From Candidatus Collierbacteria bacterium (GTDB lineage Bacteria > Patescibacteriota > Microgenomatia > UBA1400 > MFAQ01), in contig CAISER010000006.1 of the NCBI GenBank assembly GCA_903884375.1, positions 1,080 through 65,079 on the forward strand: DNA of 64,000 nucleotides, read 5' to 3'. Made by a program: the position numbers and the translations under genes. Of this stretch, positions 38,066 through 47,362 are shown in pieces. How positions within the stretch are numbered: the first letter of the stretch is position 1; each line of letters begins with the position of its first letter. The notes below the pieces were generated by a model, which ran no database searches, was not told where the DNA came from, and saw only the letters and a program-made list of their open reading frames with translations.

Positions 38066-38432
38066 ATGCTTTACGTGGCTATTGCCACAAAAACTATGTT
38101 AATAATCAACTCCTAGACTGAGATATTTTTCGTCTAGGCCACATAGGTGATGTTTATCACCATTTGCCTTTCGGTAGCTCTTGCGAGCCTACTGTTATGC
38201 TCGGAATTATGTTGACCATACCCTGACACTTCAGTAATTTTCCTATCCCACTACTTTAATTATATAGATTTTTGTTGAATTTTTCTTCCAACCAAAATAG
38301 AACATTATATTCTTCAGTTTATCTGCAATAGTAGACTCGTCACGTTTTCCTGCAATCGTTAATACTTCTTCCTTATCAGATTTTGACAACTGCTTTCTTT
38401 TTTATTCCCAATATTTTATTAACTGACACGGT

Positions 38433-38870
38433 CTACTTAGGTTGGGCGCTTGGGGTGGCCATGAATCTTCCAAGAGAAATCGACTGAGCTGTAATACTAC
38501 CGTTGGTGTTTTGTGTACCAATGGCCATGACATCATCTCCTGTTTTTAAATCGGTGATGGAAGCTTCCTGAGTTTTGTTTATTTTGGTCTGGGCGGAAAT
38601 AATGATTATCTTATTACTTCCATCAGCCGACTGAATGGTAATACTAGTAGCATCTTGACTGATAATTTTGCCCGAAACTGGGGCATTGCCTCTTATAGCA
38701 CCATTTCTTTGACCGACTCCGTTTTGTAGAGTTGTTCCATTCGCCTGTCTATTCACGCCTCGCATAAACTGTGAGGTCGTCTTTGATTTTTGATAGGTAA
38801 GACCCCCGAAGAACCCCAATGCCAGAGTAAGTATGCCGGTGATAACCGAGATTATGATTGTTTTATTCAT
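38433..38870 (-). CDS. Hypothetical secreted protein, co-operonic with the MacB-like transporter
   Basis: 145 aa, signal peptide; shares a QRNGA[IV]RG motif with the periplasmic region of the adjacent permease. Confidence 0.4.
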   Translation of the reverse strand: MNKTIIISVITGILTLALGFFGGLTYQKSKTTSQFMRGVNRQANGTTLQNGVGQRNGAIRGNAPVSGKIISQDATSITIQSADGSNKIIIISAQTKINKTQEASITDLKTGDDVMAIGTQNTNGSITAQSISLGRFMATPSAQPK

Positions 38871-38911
38871 AGTTTTGTTTATAGATTATTAACCTGAATA
38901 TTGGCTGAAGG

Positions 38912-40132
38912 TTATTCGTATCTTAGTGCCTCAATTGGCTGGAGATTTGAAGCACGTCTGGCCGGATACCAACCGAAGACAATACCAATAGCTGCCGAAA
39001 CAAAGAAAGCTAAGGCAATTGATTCAATAGAAATATAGAATGAAGAGGAATTAAATTTTGCGTAGATCAGCGAAGCAAGAATGCCAAAAATTATTCCTAA
39101 TATACCTCCAACAAAAGTAAGAATAACCGATTCGGCAAGAAATTGAGTGATAATAGTCTTTTTCTTGGCACCCAAGGCTTTACGCAATCCAATTTCGCGA
39201 GTTCTTTCGGTAACGGTGACCAGCATGATGTTCATAATGCCGATTCCGCCAACTAACAGAGAAATGGCCGCGATGCCGGTAAGTAGGGAAGTAAAGGTAC
39301 CCGTGACCGCCGAAGCGGTGCTAAGTATGTCTTCTTGGGACATAATAGAAAAATCTGCAAGAGTTGGATCGGTAAGTTTGTGGCGTTCTAATAATAAATA
39401 TCCGACTTCGTTTCTGGCTTGATTCATAACATTAGCATTTATTGCTTCTATTGCTATAGAGGAAAGATTTTTGGCTCCAAAAAGGAGTTTTTGGGCTGTA
39501 GAAAGAGGAACATATATAAGATCGTCTTGGTTCATTCCGGAACCACCCTTCGAAGTTGTTACACCAACAATAGTAAAGTTTTGACTACCAATCCTTAACG
39601 ACTGACCAACGGGATTGGCATTCTCGCCAAACAAATCGGTAACCACGGTTGGTCCCAACACAGCTACTCTGGTAGTCGAAGCGACATCTCTTTCGGTGAT
39701 GAAGGTGCCGCTCGCCATAGTAACACTATGTACCGACAGGTATGCCGGAGTGGCGCCAATTATCGAAGTGTTGGTATTACTTTTTCCGGTAACCACTTGT
39801 GACCTTCCTTGATATTCAGGAGAAACGTTCTTGACGGTCGTTATCGCCGGAGATGTTTTGACAGCCTCGGCATCAGCATTGGTAAGAGTGGTTCCGCCGC
39901 CGGCAGCACCACGAACAGCACCATTTCTTTGACGACTGGGAGATACGGTTAACAAGTTTGATCCAAGGGACTGAATCCTTGACTGAACTGCTTTTTGACT
40001 TGATTGACCTAGGGAGACAAGAGCAATAACGGAGCCAATACCAATAACAATTCCTAGAATTGCAAGGCCTGTACGAAGTTTGTTTAGTCTTAGAGTGCCG
40101 ACACTTTCGATGAGTTGTTCCGTTAATTCCAT
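38912..40132 (-). CDS. ABC transporter permease, FtsX/MacB family (start moved to an internal Met)
   Basis: The ORF-track start overlaps the upstream ATPase by 107 nt; Met-37 (MELTEQ...LRLNKLRTG) sits one nt after the ATPase stop and matches the typical MacB N-terminus. Confidence 0.75.
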   Translation of the reverse strand: MELTEQLIESVGTLRLNKLRTGLAILGIVIGIGSVIALVSLGQSSQKAVQSRIQSLGSNLLTVSPSRQRNGAVRGAAGGGTTLTNADAEAVKTSPAITTVKNVSPEYQGRSQVVTGKSNTNTSIIGATPAYLSVHSVTMASGTFITERDVASTTRVAVLGPTVVTDLFGENANPVGQSLRIGSQNFTIVGVTTSKGGSGMNQDDLIYVPLSTAQKLLFGAKNLSSIAIEAINANVMNQARNEVGYLLLERHKLTDPTLADFSIMSQEDILSTASAVTGTFTSLLTGIAAISLLVGGIGIMNIMLVTVTERTREIGLRKALGAKKKTIITQFLAESVILTFVGGILGIIFGILASLIYAKFNSSSFYISIESIALAFFVSAAIGIVFGWYPARRASNLQPIEALRYE

Positions 40133-40133
40133 A

Positions 40134-40847
40134 TTATTTAATTTTGTGACGACGCTGTGTATGGCTAATTGTGTCGCTAACAATTTTTCCATCGCGGATA
40201 AGGATAATTCTTTTGGCGTGCTCGGCGATATCTGGTTCATGAGTAATCATGACGATAGTATGACCTTTGTCATTTAGATCTTGAAATATATCCATTATTT
40301 CTTCGGCCTGGGCAGAGGCGATATTACCAGTGGGCTCATCGGCAAGAAGGAGGGCGGGATCCATAACTAATGATCTAGCTATGGCTACACGTTGTTGTTG
40401 ACCGCCAGAGATTTGGTTGCTGGTGTGAAACAGACGATCGCCAAGACCAACCATTTCAAGAAGTTGTTTGGCTTTGGCTTCTCTTTTTTCTTTGGGTACT
40501 CCGCCATAAGCCATGGGTAGCATAACGTTTTTTAATGTCGTTGTTCGAGGAAGAAGATTAAATGCTTGAAAAATGAAGCCAATTTTTCGATTTCGAATAT
40601 CTGACAATTGGTCGTCATTTAACTTTTCTACATTTTCACCATCAAGAATATACTCACCTTTTGTGGGCTTATCTAGTGCTCCCAATATATGCATTAAAGT
40701 GGATTTGCCTGATCCTGATGGACCCATGATGGCGACAAACTCTCCTTTATTTATTTTGAATGAAACATTGTCAACGGCTTTTGTCTCGACGATATCTGTC
40801 TTGTAAATCTTGGAAAGGTGTTTCGCCTCAATAATCGTGTTATTCAT
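40134..40847 (-). CDS. ABC transporter ATP-binding protein, MacB/LolD-like
   Basis: Walker A GPSGSGKST, signature LSGGQQQRVAIAR, Walker [11 protein letters not shown]. Confidence 0.9.
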   Translation of the reverse strand: MNNTIIEAKHLSKIYKTDIVETKAVDNVSFKINKGEFVAIMGPSGSGKSTLMHILGALDKPTKGEYILDGENVEKLNDDQLSDIRNRKIGFIFQAFNLLPRTTTLKNVMLPMAYGGVPKEKREAKAKQLLEMVGLGDRLFHTSNQISGGQQQRVAIARSLVMDPALLLADEPTGNIASAQAEEIMDIFQDLNDKGHTIVMITHEPDIAEHAKRIILIRDGKIVSDTISHTQRRHKIK

Positions 40848-40851
40848 ACGT

Positions 40852-42210
40852 TTAGAAACCTTGTCTACCCTGGAATCCCCCTCCTAATCCTCCTGCACCA
40901 CCGAATGGAGAGCTACTTTCAGAGTTCCTGGTGGTAGTGGTATTTGAAGAGGCATTGGAGATGGTTGAGGTAATGACAACATCGCCTTCAGAGAGGCCAG
41001 ATTTTATTTCTGTTTGAGTGTCGTTTGAGTTTCCAATTTCAACAGGCACATCTGATATTTTGCCATCTTTTTGGACTTGAACATAGGAGCCGTTGGTCGA
41101 TGACTGGATTGCACTGGATGGCACCAACAAGACATCTGTTTTTGTTGAAGTAATAATATTGGCACTAACAGCCATATTTGTAAATATGTTTAGAGTAGTT
41201 TTGTCCAGAAGAATAGTGGCAGAGTAAGAAGTAACTCCTTGACTAACACTACCGCTAGTATTTACCGCAAGTACTGTTCCCGTGAGACTGTTATCTGGGA
41301 ATGCATCTAGGGTCAGAGTAACTTTTTGGCTGGAAAGTATAGAGGTAACATCAACTTCCGTGAGAGAAACTGTTGCCTGATATTGACCAAGTGGATTTTT
41401 TATGGCGCCAATTTTTTGGGATGAAACCGAAACTGAGTTGCTGGTGCTGTCTGTTCCCGAACTTACAGTAATTGATGCGGATGCGGCATTGCCAACAGTT
41501 ACTCCGGGAGCAAGGGTAAGATTGTTTAATATTCCTGATGCGGGTGCGATTACTGTGCGACTGACTTGCTGATAGCTTCTGTATGCGGCACTGGCTTTGG
41601 CATTGGCAAGAGCAATGTTGGTATTTGATATCGAGCTATTGGTTATGGCGGCATTATTGGCAGCAATTGCCTCTTCATACTGTTTATCAACAATAAGTAG
41701 TTCATTCTCTGTATAAGGATTTTTTGTGGCCGGATTCCACCCTCCAGAATGGGCATCGCGTTTGGCAGACTCGGCGTTCTTTAAGTCATCTTTTTTTTGT
41801 AACATCGTGATATTGTCGGTTTCTTTTTGTGTCAGCGCATTTTTGACGTTTACAAGAGCTTCTTGATAGTTATTCCAAGCTGTCGTTTGGGTTTCTTGGC
41901 CGACATCGTCAAGCGATAACTCTGCCAATTTTTGACCTTTGACCACCGTGTCGCCATTTTTGACAAAAACTTTATTTACTGTGCCACTAGCACCCGTAGT
42001 GATATATGTGGTGTCTCCTGAAGTGATGGTGCCTGACGCAGAAATGGTGGACATTAGGGTGCCTTTTTCGACTGTGGCTGTTTGATAGGTAACCTTACTC
42101 GATCCGGAAAATATTTTAGTGACTGCAAATAATACCAAACCAAGAACGATACAAGGTATGATGATTTTTGTAACGATAGGTAGTTGGAGATATCTTTGTT
42201 TTAGGTTCAT
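40852..42210 (-). CDS. Efflux periplasmic adaptor (HlyD/MacA membrane-fusion protein family)
   Basis: 452 aa; N-terminal TM, lipoyl/barrel-sandwich and long helical hairpin, Gly-rich C-terminal tail. Confidence 0.7.
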   Translation of the reverse strand: MNLKQRYLQLPIVTKIIIPCIVLGLVLFAVTKIFSGSSKVTYQTATVEKGTLMSTISASGTITSGDTTYITTGASGTVNKVFVKNGDTVVKGQKLAELSLDDVGQETQTTAWNNYQEALVNVKNALTQKETDNITMLQKKDDLKNAESAKRDAHSGGWNPATKNPYTENELLIVDKQYEEAIAANNAAITNSSISNTNIALANAKASAAYRSYQQVSRTVIAPASGILNNLTLAPGVTVGNAASASITVSSGTDSTSNSVSVSSQKIGAIKNPLGQYQATVSLTEVDVTSILSSQKVTLTLDAFPDNSLTGTVLAVNTSGSVSQGVTSYSATILLDKTTLNIFTNMAVSANIITSTKTDVLLVPSSAIQSSTNGSYVQVQKDGKISDVPVEIGNSNDTQTEIKSGLSEGDVVITSTISNASSNTTTTRNSESSSPFGGAGGLGGGFQGRQGF

Positions 42211-42240
42211 TTTTTGTATTTTATGTGGGTAATCTGAATA

Positions 42241-43254
42241 CTAGCTGAAATGTTGGGGTAGAGTAACAGTAAATGTGCTTCCGTGTCCGAAACGACTTTT
42301 TACTTTTATTTCTCCATGGTGCTTCTCAACAATCATCTTAGCTATGGAAAGGCCTAGGCCAAAACCTGATGCTTTTGATTTTGAACGAGAGGGGTCAGCT
42401 CGATAGAAACGATCAAAGATGAAGGGTAGATCTTTTTGTCTGATTCCTTGACCATGATCGGTGACCGAGAAAGATAATGTCTTATTTGTCTTGGCAGTTT
42501 TAATTAATATTGTTTTATTAGACGAGCTGTATTTGATTGCATTCTCGAGAAGAATAGTGATAAGACTTTCAATTTTTTCTTTATCTCCATGAAAATTTAT
42601 ATTTATGAGGTTTTTTTTGATGATTATTTTTTTACTGTTTGCTTGGGGAAGAATCTTTCTGACTGCTGATTCCATAACATTTAATATCGAAATGTTTTCA
42701 ATGATGGAGCTTCCATTTTGTTCTTTGTTTTTAGACAAATTGATTAACGACTCTGATAAATACTGAAGTCGATCAACATCGGCAATGTTATCTTTGATGA
42801 GCTTTTTAGCATCCACAAGAGTAAGTTTTTTGTCCATTAGGGCAACTTCCATGGCAGATTTAAGGGAAGTTATGGGTGTTTTTAGCTCATGCGATGAATC
42901 TGAAATAAAGCGGTCTTGATCTTCTATCATTTCTTTAATTGGGCGAAGTGTTTTTCCGGCAAGAAAATATCCAAAACCACCGGAAAATATTATGATTATG
43001 CTATTTATAATTAATATGTTTGAAAGAAGATGTTTTTGAGTTTCTGCCACGAGATCGGGGTCGGTAAGGAATGATTGCGAAACGAATAAAGTATCTGGGC
43101 GATACTGTCTTTCGAATCTGGTTCTTTGGGCTCTGGCAAATCTTTTAACTTCAATCATTTGAACATTGAATATCACAGCACTGAAGGTGAAACTTATTAA
43201 CATAATGATGAGTAGATACCATACGGTTAGTTTTAGCCGAGCTTTTTCAAACAT
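42241..43254 (-). CDS. Sensor histidine kinase, chromosomal copy
   Basis: Two TM helices, H-box SHELKTPI, HATPase_c G-boxes (DHGQGI, GFGLGLSIA). Confidence 0.85.
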   Translation of the reverse strand: MFEKARLKLTVWYLLIIMLISFTFSAVIFNVQMIEVKRFARAQRTRFERQYRPDTLFVSQSFLTDPDLVAETQKHLLSNILIINSIIIIFSGGFGYFLAGKTLRPIKEMIEDQDRFISDSSHELKTPITSLKSAMEVALMDKKLTLVDAKKLIKDNIADVDRLQYLSESLINLSKNKEQNGSSIIENISILNVMESAVRKILPQANSKKIIIKKNLININFHGDKEKIESLITILLENAIKYSSSNKTILIKTAKTNKTLSFSVTDHGQGIRQKDLPFIFDRFYRADPSRSKSKASGFGLGLSIAKMIVEKHHGEIKVKSRFGHGSTFTVTLPQHFS

Positions 43255-43255
43255 A

Positions 43256-43930
43256 TTAGTTTTCTATTTTGTAGCCGAAACCTCTAATGGTTTTAAGTAG
43301 AAGTTTTTTGTTTTTAAACGGTGTCTCGATTTTTTGTCTAAGTTTTCTGATATAGACTTCTACCGTATTTGGAAGAACATCATCGTCATAGTTCCATACA
43401 TGACTTATGATTTGTTCTTTGGAAATGATTTTTCCAGAATGACGCATAAGATACTCGAGAAGTGAATATTCTTTACCGGAAAGGGAGATTTCTCTACCCC
43501 CCCTTTCAACTAAATAGCTTATTGTATCTAGTTCGAGGTCACCCGTTTTAAGTACTGGGTTTTGACTTCCTGAAGGGCGGCGTATCAGAGCACGGACTCT
43601 AGCCAGTAGTTCCTCAAAAGAAAATGGCTTGGTGAGATAGTCATCGGCTCCTGAATTTAAACCCAGTATTTTATCTTCCGTCTGACTTTTGGCAGTAAGA
43701 ACTAAAATCGGGGTGTGAATACTATCTTGACGAAGTTTTTTACAGATATTAATGCCGTCGATTCCGGGAAGCATAAGATCAAGAATAAGACAATCGTATT
43801 CTTCGGTGGTGGCGAGATCTAAACCGTCACGTCCGTCAAAGGCTAGGTCTACAGCATATTTTTCAAGCTCGAGACCCTTTTTTATAGTTGTGCCTATTCG
43901 ATGTTCGTCTTCAACCACTAATATTCTCAT
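43256..43930 (-). CDS. OmpR-family response regulator, chromosomal copy
   Basis: Receiver plus winged helix; 2-nt gap to the kinase gene. Confidence 0.9.
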   Translation of the reverse strand: MRILVVEDEHRIGTTIKKGLELEKYAVDLAFDGRDGLDLATTEEYDCLILDLMLPGIDGINICKKLRQDSIHTPILVLTAKSQTEDKILGLNSGADDYLTKPFSFEELLARVRALIRRPSGSQNPVLKTGDLELDTISYLVERGGREISLSGKEYSLLEYLMRHSGKIISKEQIISHVWNYDDDVLPNTVEVYIRKLRQKIETPFKNKKLLLKTIRGFGYKIEN

Positions 43931-44114
43931 AAAGCCACATTATACCCCTTACCTGAAATTTTGCTGAATTTTACATCTTACCTTTTTATACTGTCTTATT
44001 TGTCTTATATAGCCTTAAAATGAGACAGTCGTTATAGCGATGTTAAGGTCCGTGACCGTGCCGCTCAACACCCTGAGTGGCAAATTGATCGTCCCCTTAA
44101 ATAGCAATTATTGT

Positions 44115-44645
44115 TTAAAAAATATCTTCCGGTGGTAAAAATTCTTCACCGTTTAATTCTTTTGGCTTGTATTCTGTTTTTAGCCAAAGAATATAATCAC
44201 AACCGGTAGCCTGTTTGGCTTCCCTATCCCAACCAGAAGTCGAACATTTTTTCATTTTCTTTCCGGCGGCGGTGGTGTAAAGAACTAAGAGTTCGCCACA
44301 TTTAGGACATTTTTCGTCGAGCTTTTCCGTTGTACCGTTTATCCACTCGATATAATCACAACCTGTGGCTTTCTTTTCTTCTTTGTCCCAACCTCCGGCG
44401 CTACATTTCTTCATTTTTTTGCCAAAACGGGTAACTTGAAGAACTAATGGTTTGCCGCATTTGGGACATTTTTCATCAAGAGTTTGGGGCTCTATTTCAA
44501 GCCATTTGACATAATCACAACCATCTGTTTTGTGAGTTTCGGTGTTCCAGACACCGGTTGAACAACGTCGAAGTTTTCTTCCGGTAGGAGTTTCATTAAT
44601 ATCTGATAAGGGGGCACCACATTTGGGACATTTTTCTTCTTCCAT
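44115..44645 (-). CDS. Protein composed of three tandem topoisomerase-type C4 zinc-ribbon repeats
   Basis: Three roughly 58-aa repeats: CPKCG-x12/13-KKCS-xGGWD-x8-GCDY; resembles zf-C4_Topoisom modules. Confidence 0.6.
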   Translation of the reverse strand: MEEEKCPKCGAPLSDINETPTGRKLRRCSTGVWNTETHKTDGCDYVKWLEIEPQTLDEKCPKCGKPLVLQVTRFGKKMKKCSAGGWDKEEKKATGCDYIEWINGTTEKLDEKCPKCGELLVLYTTAAGKKMKKCSTSGWDREAKQATGCDYILWLKTEYKPKELNGEEFLPPEDIF

Positions 44646-44713
44646 GGATATTAGGTTAACACATCGAAAGTATAATTAATATAGGAATTATGTGGATTCT
44701 CAACAATGAATAG

Positions 44714-45031
44714 TTAAGAGAGATCTTTGAGAATTTGCTTGACCATTTTATTGGCAGCTACACGAATATCCTCCTCGATATCCGGACCAATGTGTTTTTT
44801 GAGATAAGCGATTAACTCAGGGTCATAAGGTCTTTCATGAACTTGAGATAAAAAAGTGTCATGGTGTTTTTGGTTTAGTTTTTCAAGAATATGATCGATA
44901 ATTCCTTGATATAAAATGTCATCGACCAACTGAAGAGCTTTTCCTTTTTGGTTTTCCTCTTCGGGCTTATTATTGATCAATTCAATGATTTCTGTTTTGA
45001 TTACTAAGTGGTCGAAAAATAATGGTGCCAT
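44714..45031 (-). CDS. Hypothetical protein
   Basis: 105-aa helical ORF; no motifs. Confidence 0.35.
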   Translation of the reverse strand: MAPLFFDHLVIKTEIIELINNKPEEENQKGKALQLVDDILYQGIIDHILEKLNQKHHDTFLSQVHERPYDPELIAYLKKHIGPDIEEDIRVAANKMVKQILKDLS

Positions 45032-45036
45032 ATATT

Positions 45037-45906
45037 TTAATAATTTACCGGGCCAAGAGGAATTTTGTTCTCCGGGTCATCAATAAATAACAATAGAACA
45101 AGACCTTTCCGGGGGCCTTTGTTTAAATCCAAGTATTGCATGGTTTCGGGAGAGCCACCAAATTGTTTACCTGTCCAGTCTGCCGGTCCGGCATCACCAA
45201 CGACACAGACAACTGCCTGACCATTGACCGGATTTATAACAAGCATTTTACGAAATTTGTACCAATCCCAAAGTTGACGATAATCTCTGTTCCAGTTTTC
45301 GAGATACAAAGTTTGAACTACACAATAATATTTTTCTTGAAGATAGATTTTTGTGGAAAAATTTTGCGAGTCTTTTGTAAAATAACCAAAAGCACCAAGT
45401 CCCGGTGCCATACCTGCCTCTTGAATCTCATCGTGTTCCGGTAGAGAGTCTCCCGGATAACGTTTGAGATGTTGCTCAAATCCAATATAACCAACGTGGT
45501 GATTAAGCGATTGACCTTCAAGGACGGCTTTAACCGGAATGTTGGTATTTTCGGAAATAAGGGATTCAATTTTAATGGCTTGATCTTCTGTAAGTTTGGC
45601 TGGTTGGTGTGGAATAATTTCTTGAAGATTTCCCAGAACTTTTTGTTTATTAGATAAAATCGATTTTATCGGTTCGGAAACTTCGGTAGGGATTGAGGCC
45701 ATTGGAGGCATAGGCATCGCCAATAGGCTACCGACAAGACCGGCACCAGCAAGAAGACGACTTGATTTTTGACGAAGTTCAAAAGCCAGTAAAGTCGTTT
45801 TGGTAAAAAATTTCTTTGCTGAAGGGTTTTTGAGTATCTTGTTCCTAAGTTTATTTGATCTCTTCTCAAGTTTGGCAATTGAATTTTGAAGATTGTTTTC
45901 GGGCAT
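45037..45906 (-). CDS. Hypothetical membrane-anchored protein, possibly with an RlpA-like double-psi beta-barrel C-terminus
   Basis: 289 aa; TM near residues 50-65; C-terminal VINPVNGQAVVCVVGDAGPAD weakly resembles the RlpA/DPBB motif. Confidence 0.3.
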   Translation of the reverse strand: MPENNLQNSIAKLEKRSNKLRNKILKNPSAKKFFTKTTLLAFELRQKSSRLLAGAGLVGSLLAMPMPPMASIPTEVSEPIKSILSNKQKVLGNLQEIIPHQPAKLTEDQAIKIESLISENTNIPVKAVLEGQSLNHHVGYIGFEQHLKRYPGDSLPEHDEIQEAGMAPGLGAFGYFTKDSQNFSTKIYLQEKYYCVVQTLYLENWNRDYRQLWDWYKFRKMLVINPVNGQAVVCVVGDAGPADWTGKQFGGSPETMQYLDLNKGPRKGLVLLLFIDDPENKIPLGPVNY

Positions 45907-45909
45907 AAG

Positions 45910-47337
45910 TTATGAAAATATCGAGCTTAACCGTTTGAGAGTTTCTTCTTTTCCAAGAATGACGAAGCAATCAAAAAGGGGTGGGGTAACGGTACGACCG
46001 GAGATGGCAACTCGAAGGGACATAAAAGCTTCTCGTGGTGATAGCCCTGAATCTTTTTGAGCGGTAGCAAATTCTTCATGAAGATTGCACGATGAAAATT
46101 CCTTGGTGTTTTCCAACAAATTAATTGCTTTTTGAAACCACTTATTTGTTTCTTCTTCCGAGCGAGATGATTGTTCAAGAACTAATTTTTTGTCAACAAT
46201 AGGAGTGGAAAAAAAATATTCTGCTCCAGGAACAAAATCTTTTAGAGTAAATAATCTTTCTTTGGCGATATCTATAATACTGATCGTTTTGGCTTTATCT
46301 TTTTGCCAATCTTCGGGAATAAAAGTCTTTAATCTATTAAAGAGATCTTCCGAACTTAGTTTTTTTATCCACTGACTATTAAGATAATTTAATTTTTGAA
46401 TATCAAAAATGGCGTTTTGTCTTTGAATTTTATTTTCGTCAAAAACCTTAACCATTTCTTCCAACGTGAGTAATTCGGAGTTGTCTTTGTAAGAGAACCC
46501 TAAGTAAAAAAGAAAGTTGTTGATGGCTTCAGGTAAGTATCCGTCGGCGGCGTATTCAAGTACTGATTTGGCACCATGACGTTTGGATAGTTTACTTTTA
46601 TCCGGACCAAGAAGAAGCGGAACATGGGCAAGAATGGGTGGCTTGTAACCTAAAGCTTCATAAAGAAAAAGATGAACCGGAGTAGACATCATCCACTCAA
46701 CCCCGCGGATTACGTGGCTGATCTTCATCAAATAATCATCAACAACAACAGCTAGGTGGTAGGTAGGAATACTATTAGTTTTCATCAAAACTTTGTCATC
46801 ACATTCATTGTTTGGAAGACTTAATTTTCCTTGAACTAAATCATGCCAAGTAGAAAAACCAGTTTCAGGGAGCTTGACTCTAATGACAAAGGGAGCACCG
46901 GAGTCTAATTGTGTTTTTACTTCTTCTGGAGTTAAGTGACGACAATGACGATCATATTTAGCAAAAGGATTATTCTTGTGAAGCTCTTCAAGACGTTCTT
47001 CCGAACAAAAACAATAATAAGCAGCTCCAATATTAACTAGTTCTTGTGCATATTTTTGATAAATGGCAAGTCTTTGAGTTTGGATATAAGGACCATAAGA
47101 ACCACCAACAACAGGATCTTCGTCGGGAATCAACCCTAAAAACTGATGAATTTGATATATCTTATCAACGGCACCAGGAACTAAACGTTTTTGGTCGGTG
47201 TCTTCGATACGCAGAATGAACTCTCCACTATATTTTTTGGCGAGTAAATAATCAAAAAGAGCAGTTCTCGTGTTGCCAATATGAGGAATACCTGTTGGTG
47301 AAGGAGCTATTCTGGTTCTTACGTGCGTATCAGACAT
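45910..47337 (-). CDS. gltX: Glutamyl-tRNA synthetase
   Basis: 475 aa; HIGH motif (PSPTGIPHIGN) and KMSKS (KLSKR). Confidence 0.9.
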   Translation of the reverse strand: MSDTHVRTRIAPSPTGIPHIGNTRTALFDYLLAKKYSGEFILRIEDTDQKRLVPGAVDKIYQIHQFLGLIPDEDPVVGGSYGPYIQTQRLAIYQKYAQELVNIGAAYYCFCSEERLEELHKNNPFAKYDRHCRHLTPEEVKTQLDSGAPFVIRVKLPETGFSTWHDLVQGKLSLPNNECDDKVLMKTNSIPTYHLAVVVDDYLMKISHVIRGVEWMMSTPVHLFLYEALGYKPPILAHVPLLLGPDKSKLSKRHGAKSVLEYAADGYLPEAINNFLFYLGFSYKDNSELLTLEEMVKVFDENKIQRQNAIFDIQKLNYLNSQWIKKLSSEDLFNRLKTFIPEDWQKDKAKTISIIDIAKERLFTLKDFVPGAEYFFSTPIVDKKLVLEQSSRSEEETNKWFQKAINLLENTKEFSSCNLHEEFATAQKDSGLSPREAFMSLRVAISGRTVTPPLFDCFVILGKEETLKRLSSIFS

Positions 47338-47362
47338 AGAGATAGTATACTTTATTTAGTAT

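Noticed and set aside
40133-40240. N-terminal 36 codons of the ORF-track permease (38912-40240)
   Set aside because: The extension overlaps the upstream ATPase by 107 nt. The internal Met one nucleotide after the ATPase stop gives a canonical MacB N-terminus, so the extension is treated as spurious.
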